From an uncultured Anaerolinea sp. (GTDB taxonomy: Bacteria; Chloroflexota; Limnocylindria; Limnocylindrales; CSP1-4), in NCBI GenBank assembly GCA_964580175.1, contig CAZOJS010000250.1, positions 1 to 49,284 on the forward strand: a stretch of 49,284 bases of DNA, written 5' to 3'. The notes beneath the pieces were generated by a model. That model was not told the origin of the DNA. It was given only the letters and a program-made list of their open reading frames with translations, and made no database searches. Below are positions 48,259-49,284 of this stretch, piece after piece. Numbering within the stretch: the stretch's first letter is position 1; each line of letters begins with the position of its first letter. Both the position numbers and the translations under genes were made by a program.

Positions 48259-49284
48259 TCAGAACTGCGGTCGCAGCCAACCCCCGGAGTCAGCCTCGAT
48301 GGCGGCGGCCCCGGCGAGCGCGAGATCCTCGCGCCAGGGTGGCGCCACGACCTGAACTCCGATCGGCAGACCCTCGGGGGACGTTCCGCCTCGCACCACG
48401 ACCGACGGCCAACCCGTGAGGTTGTGGACGTCGCTGTAGGTATCGCCGAACCACGGTTCCGTGCTCTCACCGTGACGAATCGCTGGCAGCGGCATGGCCG
48501 GGCAGACGATCAGGTCGACCGCTCGCATCCAGACCAGCAGTCGGGCGCGAATTTCGTCGGCGCGCTCGATCAGGGCGGTGAGCTGGTCGGAGGGAATGGG
48601 CGGCCGCCGAGTGACCCAATCCCTCGTGTCATACGAGCCCATGCCGGGCGTGCCGGCGGCGGTGATGAACCGCTGGAGCCACGCGAACCCGTCGGCACGG
48701 ATCAGCCCGCCCCAGCACTCCCAAGCGTCCTGAAGCCCTGGGGCCACCCGCTCCTCTACGCGAGCACCACGATCGGCGAGTGCCTTCGCCGCATACTGGA
48801 CCGCAGCAGTCGTTTCCGGGGTTGGCGTTCGGATCCCGTTGTCTCCGAAAGTCGCCACCCGCAACCCGCTGATCTGGACCGCACGAGGATCCCCGAGTGG
48901 CACGGGCATGACGTGGGGATCCTCTCCGTCTGGGCCGGCCATGATGGGGAGCAGGAGGCCCAGGTCCTCGACCCGTCGCGCCATCGGGCCCAGCTGCGTG
49001 AATGATTGGAAGAGCCCCTCGTACCCGGGCCAGTGGCCCGTCCTGGGGACCCGTCCGCTGGTCGGCTTGATTCCTGCAATTCCGCACACGTGCGCGGGCT
49101 GGCGGATGCTGTCGCCGGTGTCGCTGCCGATGTCGAACGGCGAACCGCCGGCTGCCACGATCGCTGCCGGTCCCCCACTGCTGCCGCCCGGGGTACGGGA
49201 GAGGTCATACGGGTTCGACGTCCGGCCATAGACATCGTTGTCGGTTTCGTTCGACCAGGTGAACTCGGGCGTGTTCGTCTTGCC
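48259..49284 (-). CDS. Amidase-signature family amidase (5' end outside window)
   Basis: GGSSGGPAAIVAAG, GSDTGDSIRQPA, IKPTSGRVP. The frame stays open to the window edge. Confidence 0.88.
   Translation of the reverse strand, partial: GKTNTPEFTWSNETDNDVYGRTSNPYDLSRTPGGSSGGPAAIVAAGGSPFDIGSDTGDSIRQPAHVCGIAGIKPTSGRVPRTGHWPGYEGLFQSFTQLGPMARRVEDLGLLLPIMAGPDGEDPHVMPVPLGDPRAVQISGLRVATFGDNGIRTPTPETTAAVQYAAKALADRGARVEERVAPGLQDAWECWGGLIRADGFAWLQRFITAAGTPGMGSYDTRDWVTRRPPIPSDQLTALIERADEIRARLLVWMRAVDLIVCPAMPLPAIRHGESTEPWFGDTYSDVHNLTGWPSVVVRGGTSPEGLPIGVQVVAPPWREDLALAGAAAIEADSGGWLRPQF

Overview
High-GC (roughly two-thirds G+C by eye) bacterial chromosomal window. It is densely coding (about 50 CDS), and I saw no rRNA, tRNA, CRISPR array or IS element. 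The first ~32 kb is core housekeeping, with gene order resembling Firmicutes, Chloroflexi or deep-branching Actinobacteria: cvpA fragment-mutS2, a class A PBP, tyrS, a his operon on the minus strand (hisR/yerC-hisG-D-C-B-H-F-IE) with hisA divergent, an EF-G paralog, yebC-ruvC-ruvA-ruvB-tgt, a small basic ORF, recA-recX-rny-ymdB-PHP, terC, miaB-miaA-hflX (no hfq) and an acyl-ACP desaturase. From ~32.1 kb the content is more accessory: a 645-bp non-coding region, a PLP-dependent dehydratase-like enzyme, two adjacent PIN-toxin TA modules, assorted enzymes and transporters, a MerB-like gene, a BNR/Asp-box protein coupled to a MoaD/ThiS-like protein, and a partial amidase. Three observations stand out. 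(1) The MerB-like (alkylmercury lyase family) gene is intact except for one in-frame TGA, which by-eye alignment places on catalytic Cys159 of MerB. A hairpin with a GGUC loop follows at SECIS-like distance, so it is either a candidate selenoprotein or a nonsense pseudogene. (2) The 645-bp non-coding region holds two diverged ~190-nt copies of one element (period 364 bp). They share conserved blocks, a compensatory hairpin change, UNCG loops and repeated CUUGC motifs, and I cannot assign them to a known RNA class. (3) The BNR protein and the GG-terminated MoaD/ThiS-like protein are translationally coupled, and no E1 enzyme is nearby. Smaller points are a candidate HisR operator, a LexA-like box with an extended -10 in front of ruvB, several leaderless-type promoter geometries, and a ymdB homolog with no canonical start codon. 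Many long ORFs in the supplied track are antisense or out-of-frame shadows typical of high-GC DNA and were rejected. All family assignments come from by-eye motif recognition. No searches were run.
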